Origin: an uncultured Gemmatimonadales bacterium
GTDB lineage: Bacteria > Gemmatimonadota > Gemmatimonadetes > Gemmatimonadales > Gemmatimonadaceae
Direction of reading: 5' to 3'
DNA: 64,000 nucleotides
Assembly: GCA_963851265.1 (NCBI GenBank)
Contig: CAWKNZ010000003.1
Coordinates: 96,001 to 160,000 of the forward strand
Within the stretch, counting starts at the first letter, position 1, and each line of letters opens with the position of its first letter. The notes beneath the pieces were generated by a model. The model made no database searches. It had not been told where the DNA came from and was given only the letters and a program-made list of their open reading frames with translations. A program made the position numbers and the translations under genes. Positions 1-9,915 of this stretch are shown in pieces.

Positions 1-347
1 AGCACGCCGAGCGCGACCGCCGCGGCCGCGAGTGGCAGCGCCGCGTGCAACACCGGACGCAACAGCAGCCCCGCCGCACCCAGCCCGAGTAGCACCGAGA
101 AGAGCACGCGCGGCGACGCGACCGCCAGCAGCAGGTCGCGCGCAGCGCCCGCCGCGTCTCGCGACCCGCGGGAGCCGTGGCCGCGCGAGCCGCGGCTCCC
201 GCGGGCGGCGTGCCCGGCGTGGCCGTGCCCCGCGTGGCCGTGCCCGGCATGGGCGCGACCCACGCCGCCATGGTGCCCGAGCGCGCCCACCGCCATCACC
301 GCCAGCCCGGCCACGCCGAGCACGAACGCCAGCAGGTAGAGGTCCAT
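1..347 (-). CDS. NfeD-like membrane protein (SPFH operon partner), partial; runs off the window edge
   Basis: Own translation from the ATG at 347: MDLYLLAFVLGVAGLAVMAVGALG, then a His/Gly-rich loop (HAGHGHAGHGHAGH), then hydrophobic helices. Lies directly downstream of an SPFH gene. Not in the ORF track because it has no stop in the window. Confidence 0.6.
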   Translation of the reverse strand, partial: MDLYLLAFVLGVAGLAVMAVGALGHHGGVGRAHAGHGHAGHGHAGHAARGSRGSRGHGSRGSRDAAGAARDLLLAVASPRVLFSVLLGLGAAGLLLRPVLHAALPLAAAAVALGV

Positions 348-399
348 ATGAGGGAAACGCGTGATCGGCGGCCCGCGTTCGCGCGGGCCGCCGCCCGAC

Positions 400-1512
400 T
401 CACGGCTTCTGCCCGGGCATCTGGATCATCGGCATCGCGCTGCCCGAGACCGTCGGCATCTGGCCGTTCCACTTGTTTGCCATCTGATACTGCACCAGCG
501 TCGGCGTGATGCTCCGCGACAACAGCTCGTTGGCCTTGGCCTGCGCCTCCGCCTCCGCCGTGATCGCCTTCGCACGCCCCGCCGCCTTGATCGAATCGCC
601 CTGCGCGTTGAACGTGTTCTTCTGCAGCTCGTTCTGGGCCGTGAGGGCCTGCTGTTGCATCACGTTCTTCTGGTTGATCGCCTGCATCACCGCGTCGGGC
701 GCCCGCAGCTCGTTGATCGTGAACTGCTTTACCACGATTCCGTACTGCGCGAGTCGCTGCGCGATCAGCTGCTGCGTCCGGTTCACCACCTCGGCCTTCT
801 TCGGCCCGATGATGTCGGCGATCTGCTCGCTGCCGATCACCTCCTGCAGCGCCTGGCGGATCGTCTGCTTCACGTAGCCGTGCTGGATCGTGCTGATGTC
901 CGTGCGGAACGTCTGGTACAGCTGCGGTACCTTCGTCTGGTCCAGCTCGAACGACATCGAGGCGTCCACCGACAGCGGCTGCCCCTCCTGCGAGTTGACG
1001 TTGATCTCGTCGTTCTGCGGCGAGCCCTCCGTCGCGGCGCGCGTCAGCACGAGCGTCTGCATGAACGTCGGGTACTCCTCCACGGCCGTGAGCATCGGGT
1101 TCCGCAGGTGCAGCCCCGGACCCCAGGGCGTGCGGTCCACGCCGCCGCCGGCGCGGTGGATCACGATGCCCACGTGCCCCGGGTTGATGTACGTGAGCAT
1201 CGTCGGAAGCATGACCAGCAGCACGAGCAGTACGCCCGCCACCGCGAGCGCCCGCCGCACCACGTGTCCCACCTCCTCGCGCGTGCGCCCCGGGGGTGCC
1301 GCGCGCAATCCGCCGCCGTTTACCCCGGCGTTCGCCTCCGCGAACGCGTCATCGAGTGCATTCCGGCCCGCGGTGGCACGCCGCGCCGCACGCGCGGCGA
1401 ATGGTGGAGTGAACGCTGGGGCGAACGGCGCGGCATCGGGGGCCGGAGTGGCGGTCGTCGCGTTGAGCGGCGTGCGGTCATCGAGCGGACGACCGTTATC
1501 GGACGTCGACAT
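400..1512 (-). CDS. SPFH/prohibitin (band 7) family membrane protein
   Basis: One TM helix, then YINPGHVGIV, an SPFH core, a coiled coil (AEAEAQAKAN) and KWNGQMP; GAGGAG SD upstream. Confidence 0.9.
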   Translation of the reverse strand: MSTSDNGRPLDDRTPLNATTATPAPDAAPFAPAFTPPFAARAARRATAGRNALDDAFAEANAGVNGGGLRAAPPGRTREEVGHVVRRALAVAGVLLVLLVMLPTMLTYINPGHVGIVIHRAGGGVDRTPWGPGLHLRNPMLTAVEEYPTFMQTLVLTRAATEGSPQNDEINVNSQEGQPLSVDASMSFELDQTKVPQLYQTFRTDISTIQHGYVKQTIRQALQEVIGSEQIADIIGPKKAEVVNRTQQLIAQRLAQYGIVVKQFTINELRAPDAVMQAINQKNVMQQQALTAQNELQKNTFNAQGDSIKAAGRAKAITAEAEAQAKANELLSRSITPTLVQYQMANKWNGQMPTVSGSAMPMIQMPGQKP

Positions 1513-1666
1513 GTGATCTCCTCGGAGTCGCGGGCCGCGAAGGGGCCCGAAAGCGACAGGGGTGCCCAGCGCCGCCGCGATCTCGCGGCGAACCAGGCAC
1601 CCCCATCATGGCTATGACCATCGTGCCCCACAATACGGGGCCGACTGCGAGGAAGTTGCGAACCGC

Positions 1667-2326
1667 TTACCGGTTCGCGCCCGCCGCCTCGGGCGTCGCG
1701 CCCGCGCCCACACCCTGCGCCGACTTGCCGGCCAGGAACTGCGCCGTCACCTCGGCCACGCGCTTGCCCTGGAACCGCGCGCCGGCGAGCGCCGTGTCGT
1801 CGGGCTTCACGGTCCCGTTCTGACTCGTCCAGCTCGTGCCGTACGGGTTACCGGCCGCAAACTGAATCGGGTCCGCGAACCCCGGCGCGACCGTGATGCT
1901 GCTCCAGTGGTAGAACGTGTTGTACAGCGCGAGCAGCGTCGCCTCCTGCCCACCGTGCGACGTCGCCGAGCTCGTGAACCCCGACGTGATCTTGTTCACC
2001 AGCTTGCCCGTGGCCCACAGCGGCCCGGTCGTGTCGAGGAACTGCTTGAGCTGCGCCGTCGGAAGCCCGTACCGCGTCGGCGTGCCGAAGATCAGCGCGT
2101 CGCATTCCTCGAGGTCGGTGAGCGTCGCCTCGGGCACGTTCTGCGTCTCGAGCCGGTGTGCCGCCCACCCCGCGTTGCTCGCGATCGCCTCCTCGGGCGC
2201 CAGCTCGCGCACCTTCAGGATGCGAACGTCCGCACCCGTGGACTTGGCGCCCTCTGCGATCGCCTTCGCGAGCTCGTACGTCGTGCCCGTGGCGCTGTAG
2301 TAGATGACGGCGACTTTGACGGCCAT
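1667..2326 (-). CDS. wrbA: NAD(P)H:quinone oxidoreductase, type IV (WrbA flavodoxin-like)
   Basis: VIYYSATGTT FMN loop, FGTPTRYG, HGGQE, GNPYG motifs. Confidence 0.93.
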   Translation of the reverse strand: MAVKVAVIYYSATGTTYELAKAIAEGAKSTGADVRILKVRELAPEEAIASNAGWAAHRLETQNVPEATLTDLEECDALIFGTPTRYGLPTAQLKQFLDTTGPLWATGKLVNKITSGFTSSATSHGGQEATLLALYNTFYHWSSITVAPGFADPIQFAAGNPYGTSWTSQNGTVKPDDTALAGARFQGKRVAEVTAQFLAGKSAQGVGAGATPEAAGANR

Positions 2327-2385
2327 GCGGGAGTCCTGAAAAGAGGGGCGGAGGCGACGTGGTCAGCGGAACGCGGACTCACGTT

Positions 2386-2403
2386 TATCTTAGCGGTAAG
2401 ATA
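2386..2403. promoter_or_regulatory. Inverted-repeat operator TATCTTA-GCGG-TAAGATA upstream of wrbA (MarR/MhqR-like)
   Basis: Perfect 7-bp arms in an AT-rich patch between the MarR gene and wrbA. Confidence 0.65.
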
Positions 2404-2457
2404 TCACCGTTTCCACACGGCGCCGCTACATCGGACCGCGCAACCGCGGTGTAACGC

Positions 2458-2952
2458 TTACAGGTGGTACTCCGGTTCGTGCGCGGGCTCGTCCTCGCCC
2501 ACCCCGACGTCCGAGCCCGGCAATGCCGCCCCCCGCCCGAGCCGCCGGACGAGCACCGTCGCCGCGAGTTGCTCGTCTCGCGTCAGTCCACGCATCGCCT
2601 CCGCCACGGCCGCCGCGTGCAGCGGGAACGCCTCCCGCACGAACGCCTCCCCCGCCGCCGTGAGCGCCGCGTAACGTGCGCGCCGATCGCCCGGACACGC
2701 TTCGCGCCGTACCCACCCGCGCTTCACCAACCGGTCGATGAGGTAAGTCACCCCGCCGCTCGACACGAGCAGCGACCGCTGCACCTCGCCCAACAACATG
2801 CGCCCTTTGTGGTGCAGCGCCTCCAGCACGCCGAATTCGGCCAGCGTGAGCCCATATCGCGCCACGTCGGCCGCCGCGCGCGCCGCGATCGCCGCGTGCG
2901 CCCGCGCCAGCACCACCCACAGCTTCAGTGCGTCCCGCTCGGCGGGCGTCAC
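2458..2952 (-). CDS. MarR family transcriptional regulator, MhqR-like
   Basis: ALKLWVVLARA...GLTLAEFGVLEAL...SSGGVTYLIDRL...DRRA. Start chosen at GTG 2952; ATG near 3057 is an alternative. Confidence 0.88.
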   Translation of the reverse strand: MTPAERDALKLWVVLARAHAAIAARAAADVARYGLTLAEFGVLEALHHKGRMLLGEVQRSLLVSSGGVTYLIDRLVKRGWVRREACPGDRRARYAALTAAGEAFVREAFPLHAAAVAEAMRGLTRDEQLAATVLVRRLGRGAALPGSDVGVGEDEPAHEPEYHL

Positions 2953-3196
2953 GTCCGGCTCGGTCGGCTTTCGGCAAGGCACGGGCGCGGCCGAGTCGGC
3001 GCGCGGCGGGCGGTCGCCACGAAGCGGCGTGGGGCGGACGGTCGGAGAGGACGACATGCGGAGCGTGGGTCGGCAACGGGCGGATGGTCCACAAGCTAGC
3101 GCTTCACCCTCCGCAGCCCCGCCACGCGGCACAGCGTTGCGCGCCGCCCGACCGTAGCTGACACCGTCCCCCGCCCGCCTCCGCCCCTGCGCCACG

Positions 3197-5050
3197 ATGC
3201 CCCAGACGCCCTTGCCCTCGCCCACGGCCGCCCCGGCCCCCGATCGGCGCACCTTCATGCGCTACTTCGCCGGCACCAGCCTCGGCGCCACGCTCTTTCC
3301 CGGCGTCCTCTGGGCCAGCGTGGCCGCAGGCGCCGAGCTCACCCCGGCCACCGTAGCCGCCGCGGAGGAGGTCGCGGGCCTGCACTTCGATGCCGCCGAG
3401 CGCGAGATGCTCCTCGACGGACTCAAACGCCAGGAGCAGCAGATCGAAGCCCTGCACGCGCTCCCGCTCGACAACGCCGTCGCCCCGGCCGTCCACTTCG
3501 ACCCGTTGGGCGCGCTCGCCCCGGACACTCGCACCGAGCTGGTCGCGCACCTCGCGGCCGGAGCCAGATCGGCCCCCCGCCCCGCCCCCGCAACCCACGC
3601 GGCGCCCGCCACGGCCGTGCCACGCGATGCGGACCTCGCGTTCCAACCCGTGACGGTGCTGGGAGAGTTGCTCCGCACGCGCCGTATTACGTCGACGCAG
3701 CTCACCCGCGTCTACCTCGACCGCATCCGGCGGTTCGACCCGACGCTCAGGTGCGTCATCACCCTCACCGACGAACGCGCCCTGCAGCACGCGGCGGCCG
3801 CGGACGACGAGATCGCGCGCGGCCACTACCGCGGCCCGCTGCACGGCATTCCGTGGGGCGCCAAGGACCTGCTCGCCGTCCGCGGCTACCCCACCACATG
3901 GGGCGCCGGCCCCTATCGCGACCAGGTCATCGACGCCGACGCGGAGGTCGTACGGCGCCTCGACGCCGCGGGCGCCGTGCTCGTCGCCAAGCTCACACTC
4001 GGGGAACTCGCCCAGGGCGACGTCTGGTTCGGCCGCGGCGCCACCGACGCCGCCGGTGATGAGGCGAAAACCCGCAGCGGCCAGCGCACCCGCAACCCGT
4101 GGAAGCCAGACCAGGGCTCCAGCGGCTCGAGCGCCGGGCCGGCCAGCGCCACGGCGGCCGGCCTCGTCGGCTTCGCGATCGGCAGCGAGACGTTGGGCAG
4201 CATCTCGTCGCCGAGCACGCGGTGCGGCGTCACCGGACTCCGCCCCACCTTCGGCCGCGTCCCCCGAACCGGCGCGATGGCCCTCTCGTGGAGCATGGAC
4301 AAGCTCGGCCCCATCGCGCGCTCCGCGGCCGACTGCGCCCTCGTCCTCGACGCCATCCGCGGCCCCGACGGACGCGACGCGACGTGCGTCGACCTGCCCT
4401 ACACCTGGCGCCCAGACCGTACGTTAGGCGAGATCCGCGTCGGCTACGTGCGGAGTTCGTTCGACGCGCCCGCCGCCGACCCCAGCGACCCCAAGCGCGT
4501 CCTCCACCCCACCAAGGCGTTCGACGACGCGGCGCTCGCCGTCCTCCGCGACCGCCTCGGCGTGCGCCTCATTCCGGTCGAGCTCCCGGACGCGCCGTAC
4601 GACGCGATGCGCCTCATCCTGACCGCCGAGGCGGCGGCCGCGTTCGACGAGCTCACGCGCACGCACCGCGACCGCCTGCTCGTGCAGCAGGGCCGGGGCG
4701 ACTGGCCTAACACGTTCCGGACGGCACGCTTCATCCCGGCGGTCGACTACATCAACGCCAACCGGCACCGCACCCTCGCCGTGCAGCGCTGGGAAGCGCT
4801 GTTCGCCGGGCCCAACGCGGTCGACGTCATCGTCACCCCGACGTTCGCGGCGGGGCTCACCCAACTCGTCGCGACCAACCTCACCGGCCACCCGTCGGTC
4901 ATCGTCCCACACGGCTTCCGCGAGGACGGCACCCCGGTCTCGCTCAGCTTCCTCGGCCGCCTCTACGGCGAAGCCGACATGCTGCGCGTCGCCGCCGCGT
5001 ACCAGACGGCGACGGACTTCCACACGCGACGCCCGCCAACCTTTGCGTGA
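3197..5050 (+). CDS. Amidase signature family enzyme with a putative Tat leader
   Basis: GPLHGIPWGAKD, GSSGSSAG, GSETLGSI catalytic motifs; N-terminal DRRTFM. Confidence 0.9.
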   Translation: MPQTPLPSPTAAPAPDRRTFMRYFAGTSLGATLFPGVLWASVAAGAELTPATVAAAEEVAGLHFDAAEREMLLDGLKRQEQQIEALHALPLDNAVAPAVHFDPLGALAPDTRTELVAHLAAGARSAPRPAPATHAAPATAVPRDADLAFQPVTVLGELLRTRRITSTQLTRVYLDRIRRFDPTLRCVITLTDERALQHAAAADDEIARGHYRGPLHGIPWGAKDLLAVRGYPTTWGAGPYRDQVIDADAEVVRRLDAAGAVLVAKLTLGELAQGDVWFGRGATDAAGDEAKTRSGQRTRNPWKPDQGSSGSSAGPASATAAGLVGFAIGSETLGSISSPSTRCGVTGLRPTFGRVPRTGAMALSWSMDKLGPIARSAADCALVLDAIRGPDGRDATCVDLPYTWRPDRTLGEIRVGYVRSSFDAPAADPSDPKRVLHPTKAFDDAALAVLRDRLGVRLIPVELPDAPYDAMRLILTAEAAAAFDELTRTHRDRLLVQQGRGDWPNTFRTARFIPAVDYINANRHRTLAVQRWEALFAGPNAVDVIVTPTFAAGLTQLVATNLTGHPSVIVPHGFREDGTPVSLSFLGRLYGEADMLRVAAAYQTATDFHTRRPPTFA

Positions 5051-5125
5051 TCGCGCTTGCGCCCGCTCCGCCGCGGGTGCATCGTAGCGCTCCCTGCCCC
5101 GCTCGCCATCCCCCTTCCGCCCGCC

Positions 5126-5449
5126 ATGCGACTCCTCGCCCTACCACTCGCCCTCGCCCTCTACGCCGGCGCCGCGAGCGCACAGACCGCCGCGCGGTCG
5201 GCCAAACCGGCCGTCGCGGCGACGAAAGCCGCCCCCGCCGCCGCGGCCGCCGCGAAGGCCGACCCGATCGACATCAACACGGCGACCAAGGCCGATCTGC
5301 AAGCCATCCCGGGCATCGGCGACGTGTACGCCACCAAGATCATCGCCGGCCGCCCGTACCACAGCAAGGACGAACTGACGCGCAAGAAGGTCCTCCCCGC
5401 CGGCGTGTACGCCAAGGTCAAGGACCGCGTCATCGCCCGGCAGCACTGA
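5126..5449 (+). CDS. ComEA-like helix-hairpin-helix DNA-binding protein, exported
   Basis: Signal peptide, then IDINTATKADLQAIPGIGDVYATKIIAGRPY. Confidence 0.85.
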   Translation: MRLLALPLALALYAGAASAQTAARSAKPAVAATKAAPAAAAAAKADPIDINTATKADLQAIPGIGDVYATKIIAGRPYHSKDELTRKKVLPAGVYAKVKDRVIARQH

Positions 5450-5607
5450 GCGCGACCCGCGCGTCTGCCGGCTCGTGCCGGGGCACGCCGACCCGCGCCT
5501 CATCAGCGCGTCGACGGCCTCGGGCGCGAGCGGCCGCGCGGAGCGATACCTCTCGTTGCAGCTCGTTGCAGCGGCGTGTACCTGGAGCGGCCGGGCCTCG
5601 CCTCCGG

Positions 5608-7008
5608 TCAGCGCCCCAATTCGAACCGCAGCGTGCCATCGACCGTCGGCCGCCGGAACTCGAAGCCGGCCGCGAGAAGTCGCGCCGGCACGACACGCTG
5701 ACTCGCCAGCAGCACCTCATCCGCCTGTTCTCGGCCGAGCGCGAGCCGGAGCGCGAACGCGGGCGCTGGCATCAGGGCCGGCCGGTGCAGCACGTGGCCG
5801 AGCGCGTGCGCGAAATCGGCGTTTCGTATCGGCTCGGGAAGAACCACGTTCACCGGGCCTTCCAGCGCCTCGCGTGCGATCGCTGCGTGAATCGCGCCGA
5901 CCACGTCGTCCAGCCCCACCACGCTCAACCACTGGCGCCCGCTCCCCATCGGCCCGCCCACGCCGAGTTGTGCCGGCAGTAGCAGCTTCGCGAGCGCACC
6001 GCCGGCGGGCGTGAGCACCACGCCGAGTCGCGGGTGCACGACCCGTACGCCGGCTAGGCGTGCCGGCTCGGCCGCATCCTCCCACGCCACGCAGACGTCG
6101 GCGAGGAATCCGCGCCCCGGCCCGGCACCTTCGTCGAGCACCTCGTCCCCACGATCGCCGTAGTAGCCGACCGCGCTCGCCGAGACGAGCACGCGCGGCG
6201 GACGCTCCATCGCGGCAATCGTCCGCGCGATGAGTCCTGTCCCCTGCACCCGGCTGTCCCGGATCGCGCGGCGGTGCTGGGGCGTCCACCGCTCGCCCAC
6301 GTTGGCGCCCGCGAGGTGCACCACCGCGTCCACCCCGTCCAGCGCCCGCGGATCGAGACGACCGGCAGCCGGGTCCCACTGCACGTCGCGCAGTTGGGCA
6401 GAGGGCGGCGACGCTCCACCCGCGCCGCGTCCGATCCGCACCACCGTGTGCCCGCCCGTGGTGAGGAAGTGCGTCAGCGCGTGACCGATGAGTCCCGAGG
6501 CCCCCGTCACGGCGACGGTCATCGGCGGCAGTGCGGCCGCGGCATGGCGTTCGAGGTCGGCGAGGGTCACGGCGTGTCGGTATCCGAAGAGTCGGGTCAA
6601 CTCGGCCCGGGCGACGGCGCCGCCGCCCAGCGCGCCTAACGCACCGAACGGGAGGGCGTAGTCGATCGCGTCGGTGAGCGTGCTCGCCGCCGCGCCCGGC
6701 CCGTCATCGACCCGATGCAGGTGCGACCATCGGGCGAACGGGCCCGCAAGCTGCACGTCACGAAACTGGCGGCCGGCGACGTAGTCCCGGTGTTCGAGCC
6801 GCCACCGCACGCGAACGCCGACCGGCAGTCCCGGCGGCAACCACGTGCGCAGCTCCACGCGCGCCCCGTCCGTGATGCGCCCGTCGCTGCGCACGACCTC
6901 CACGCGCTGCCACGGCGGCGACAGGCGCTCGAACGCGCCAGGACGCGCGTGCCACGCGAACAGCACGTCGCGCGGCACGGGAACGGTGACGGAACGCGAG
7001 AAATGCAC
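5608..7008 (-). CDS. SRPBCC domain fused to TIGR01777/YfcH-type NAD-dependent epimerase
   Basis: FAWHARPGAFERL..GPFARWSHLH (SRPBCC), then VTGASGLIG and SASAVGYYG. Start re-picked at GTG 7008. Confidence 0.88.
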   Translation of the reverse strand: MHFSRSVTVPVPRDVLFAWHARPGAFERLSPPWQRVEVVRSDGRITDGARVELRTWLPPGLPVGVRVRWRLEHRDYVAGRQFRDVQLAGPFARWSHLHRVDDGPGAAASTLTDAIDYALPFGALGALGGGAVARAELTRLFGYRHAVTLADLERHAAAALPPMTVAVTGASGLIGHALTHFLTTGGHTVVRIGRGAGGASPPSAQLRDVQWDPAAGRLDPRALDGVDAVVHLAGANVGERWTPQHRRAIRDSRVQGTGLIARTIAAMERPPRVLVSASAVGYYGDRGDEVLDEGAGPGRGFLADVCVAWEDAAEPARLAGVRVVHPRLGVVLTPAGGALAKLLLPAQLGVGGPMGSGRQWLSVVGLDDVVGAIHAAIAREALEGPVNVVLPEPIRNADFAHALGHVLHRPALMPAPAFALRLALGREQADEVLLASQRVVPARLLAAGFEFRRPTVDGTLRFELGR

Positions 7009-7022
7009 GAGACGGGTGAGGG

Positions 7023-7682
7023 TCAGAGAGCCGACTGCCCGTCGCCGTTGTCGAGGGACCGCCAGAGATACCACGCGGCCACCGTGCGCCACGGCGCCCA
7101 CCGCTCCGCAAGCACCGCCACTTCGGCCGGCCTCGGTAGCGACGAGCGGCCGTAAGCGAGTTGTATGCCCTTCTGTATGCCGAGGTCCAGCTCCGGCATC
7201 ACGTCCGGCCGACCGAGCCGGAACATGAGAAAGATCTGCGCGGTCCACCGGCCTACGCCCTTCACGCGAGTCAGCGCGGCGATGATTGCCGCGTCGTCCA
7301 ACGTGTGGATCGCATCGAGCGGGACGTCGCCCGCCGCGACGCGCGCGGCGAGGTCTCGCAGGTAGGCGACCTTCTGCCGCGAGAGCCCCGCACCACGCAA
7401 CGCCTCGTCGGTCGTCTTAAGGAGTTCGACCGGCTCCGGGGCGCGCCCGCCGTAGAGTGCATGAAATCGGCCGTGAATCGTGCCCGCCGCCTTGCCCGAT
7501 AGCTGCTGGTACACGATCGCGCGCGCGACCGCCTCGAAGTGCGTGCCGTCGGCCCGCGGCGTGAACCGACAGGGTCCGACGCGGGCGATCACGGCGGCGA
7601 GCCGCGGATCTACGCGCTTGAGATGCGCGACGCCGCGCCGGTAGTCGCGCGCGGCGCCGGCCGACGGCGATGGGTCCGACAC
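7023..7682 (-). CDS. alkA: DNA-3-methyladenine glycosylase II (AlkA family)
   Basis: AIVYQQLS, LTRVKGVGRWTA (HhH), DLGIQKG, WAPWRT. Confidence 0.9.
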   Translation of the reverse strand: MSDPSPSAGAARDYRRGVAHLKRVDPRLAAVIARVGPCRFTPRADGTHFEAVARAIVYQQLSGKAAGTIHGRFHALYGGRAPEPVELLKTTDEALRGAGLSRQKVAYLRDLAARVAAGDVPLDAIHTLDDAAIIAALTRVKGVGRWTAQIFLMFRLGRPDVMPELDLGIQKGIQLAYGRSSLPRPAEVAVLAERWAPWRTVAAWYLWRSLDNGDGQSAL

Positions 7683-7715
7683 GGCGCGTCAGCCGCTCGG
7701 CGTCGGCACCGCGCG

Positions 7716-8171
7716 TTACGAGTGCCCGTGGTCGTGCTTCGACCGGTTCCCGCCACCTTCGCCCGTGTTCTTGACCGTCGCACCATGACCCGATCGCTCC
7801 GACGCGTCGTGCCCCTGCAACATCGACTCGTCGTGCCCGTGACGCTCGGCGTCGCTGTTCCGCCGATTCTGCTCCGAATCCGCTTCGGCTTCGTCGTGCT
7901 GGATCCGGTTCTCGAACAGCCGATGGCGGCCGTCGTTCTCGAACTCGGGATTCGCGATCATGCGGTCGTGCTGCTCGGCGTCGTGACTCCCCTTACCTCC
8001 GCGGTTCGGGTCGTTCGCTTCACGCTGCGAGTGCGTTTCGAGCCGCCGCCCGTCGTTGTTGATGCCGGCCTTGATCGCCGACCGCGTCTTCGCGCCGTGC
8101 TGGCCTTCCGCCTGCTCTTGCGCGCCCTTCTGGTCTCCGCGCGTGTCGTCGCTGTGCTTGGGCTTGCCCAT
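7716..8171 (-). CDS. Hypothetical, very hydrophilic (probably disordered) protein
   Basis: 151 aa rich in D/E/H/R/G; GC-biased third positions; GGAGG upstream. Confidence 0.6.
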   Translation of the reverse strand: MGKPKHSDDTRGDQKGAQEQAEGQHGAKTRSAIKAGINNDGRRLETHSQREANDPNRGGKGSHDAEQHDRMIANPEFENDGRHRLFENRIQHDEAEADSEQNRRNSDAERHGHDESMLQGHDASERSGHGATVKNTGEGGGNRSKHDHGHS

Positions 8172-8228
8172 GGTCCGTGCCTCCTCGTGTTCGGGGAAGG
8201 CCGGGGTTGGCAACGCGCGTGCCCGCGG

Positions 8229-9350
8229 TCAGATCGCGGCCAACTTCCCCGCCGGGGCCGGCAACATCCGCCGCATCACGACCTCGGCGACGTGCCCCAG
8301 ATCGACGATCTCCACCGCCGCCCCGAGCCGCGCCGCTTCGCGCGGCATCCCGTACACCACGCAACTCGCCTCGTCCTGCGCCACCGTGTGCGCGCCCGCC
8401 TCCCGCATCGCGAGTAGCCCCTTCGCGCCGTCCGCACCCATGCCGGTGAGCAGCACACCCACCGCGTTGCGGCCGACGTGGCGAGCCGTGCTCTGGAACA
8501 GCACGTCGACCGCGGGCCGCTGGTGATGCACGGGCGGGCCGTCCTTGACCCGCGCCACGTACCGCGCTCGGCTACCGGCCCCCGCCGGCTGGACGACCAT
8601 GTGCTGGTTCCCGGGCGCGATCAGCGCGACACCGGGTACGACCGCATCGCCGTCCCGCGCCTCGCGCACCTGCATCGCGCAGAGCCCGTCGAGTCGCGCC
8701 GCGAAGGCGGCCGTGAAGTGCTCGGGCATGTGCTGGACGATGACCGTGCCGGGCGCGTTCGCGGGAAGCGCGCGCAGCAGCCGCTCGATCGCCTGCGTCC
8801 CCCCGGTCGACGCTCCGACGGCGAGCACCGCGTGCGCCGCGTCGAGCGGCGTCGGGTCGACAACCGAGCCGCGCGGAACCGGCCCGGCAGGTGCGACGCG
8901 CGCCGGCGCGCGCCGGACGCGCGCACCCGCGGCCGCGTGCACGGCGCGCGCGACGTCGGTCGCGACCCCGCGCGCCACGAATGCCGACGCCGGCTTGGCG
9001 ATCACCTCCACGGCGCCTAACGCAAGCGCGTGGACCGCCGTCGCGCTGTCGCGCGGCGTGAGCGAACTCACCACCACGACCGGCAGCGGGTGGTGCCGCA
9101 TCAGCTGTGCGAGAAAGCTCAGCCCGTCCATCCGTGGCATCTCGACGTCGAGCGTCAGGACGTCGGGACGCAGCCGCGCGATCTGCTCGCGCGCGTCGTA
9201 CGGGTCCGCCGCGGTTCCCACCACGACCAACTCGGGGTGTCGCGCCAGCTCGTCGCACAGGATCCGCCGGACGAGCGCGGAGTCGTCGACCACCAGCACG
9301 CGGACGCGACGCTCCGGCGCGAGGGGACGGGCAGCAGTAGCGTGAGTCAT
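8229..9350 (-). CDS. cheB: Chemotaxis response regulator methylesterase CheB
   Basis: REC domain, then GASTGG, QHMP and LTGMGADG. Confidence 0.96.
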   Translation of the reverse strand: MTHATAARPLAPERRVRVLVVDDSALVRRILCDELARHPELVVVGTAADPYDAREQIARLRPDVLTLDVEMPRMDGLSFLAQLMRHHPLPVVVVSSLTPRDSATAVHALALGAVEVIAKPASAFVARGVATDVARAVHAAAGARVRRAPARVAPAGPVPRGSVVDPTPLDAAHAVLAVGASTGGTQAIERLLRALPANAPGTVIVQHMPEHFTAAFAARLDGLCAMQVREARDGDAVVPGVALIAPGNQHMVVQPAGAGSRARYVARVKDGPPVHHQRPAVDVLFQSTARHVGRNAVGVLLTGMGADGAKGLLAMREAGAHTVAQDEASCVVYGMPREAARLGAAVEIVDLGHVAEVVMRRMLPAPAGKLAAI

Positions 9351-9381
9351 CGGCCGTTGGTCTGTCGGTCGCCGGCGCGCG

Positions 9382-9915
9382 TCACAGGCACGCGTCGCGG
9401 CCGCTCGCGCGGACCGTCAACACGCCGCTGTCGACGTCGAGTACCACGGTGCGCGGGCGGCCATACCCTCCCACGTCCTCCGCGGCGACCGGGATCCCGT
9501 TCCGCTCCAGTATTCGCCGGACGGCCGCGAGGTTGCGCTGCCCGATCTGAAACTGGTCGTCCTCCGCGCGCGCGGCCGAGCGCGCGCCCCCCACCACCTT
9601 GACGACGAGCCGCTCCTTGCGCGCACCGAGACGATAACTCGTCCGGAAGAGCAGCGGCACGCCCGTGTCGACGAACATGGCGGGCGTGCGCCCGGCCTTC
9701 ACCTCGTCAATCGCAGAGTCCGGCAGCATGACGTGCAGCAGGCCGCCGACGCGCGCCACCGGATCGTGGATCACGACGCCCAAGCAACTGCCCAACGCGT
9801 ACGTGACGATGCGCGCACCCGGCTCGGCGGTCACGCACATGTCTCCGACGCCCACCACGACCGCGCCCGCGCCAACCGACGCCAGCCCCGGTGCGTACTC
9901 GGTGACGGTCCTCAC
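9382..9915 (-). CDS. cheD: Chemoreceptor glutamine deamidase CheD
   Basis: TYALGSCLGV, GGLLHVMLP, IGQRN, EDVGG. GTG start overlaps the cheR stop. Confidence 0.93.
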   Translation of the reverse strand: MRTVTEYAPGLASVGAGAVVVGVGDMCVTAEPGARIVTYALGSCLGVVIHDPVARVGGLLHVMLPDSAIDEVKAGRTPAMFVDTGVPLLFRTSYRLGARKERLVVKVVGGARSAARAEDDQFQIGQRNLAAVRRILERNGIPVAAEDVGGYGRPRTVVLDVDSGVLTVRASGRDACL

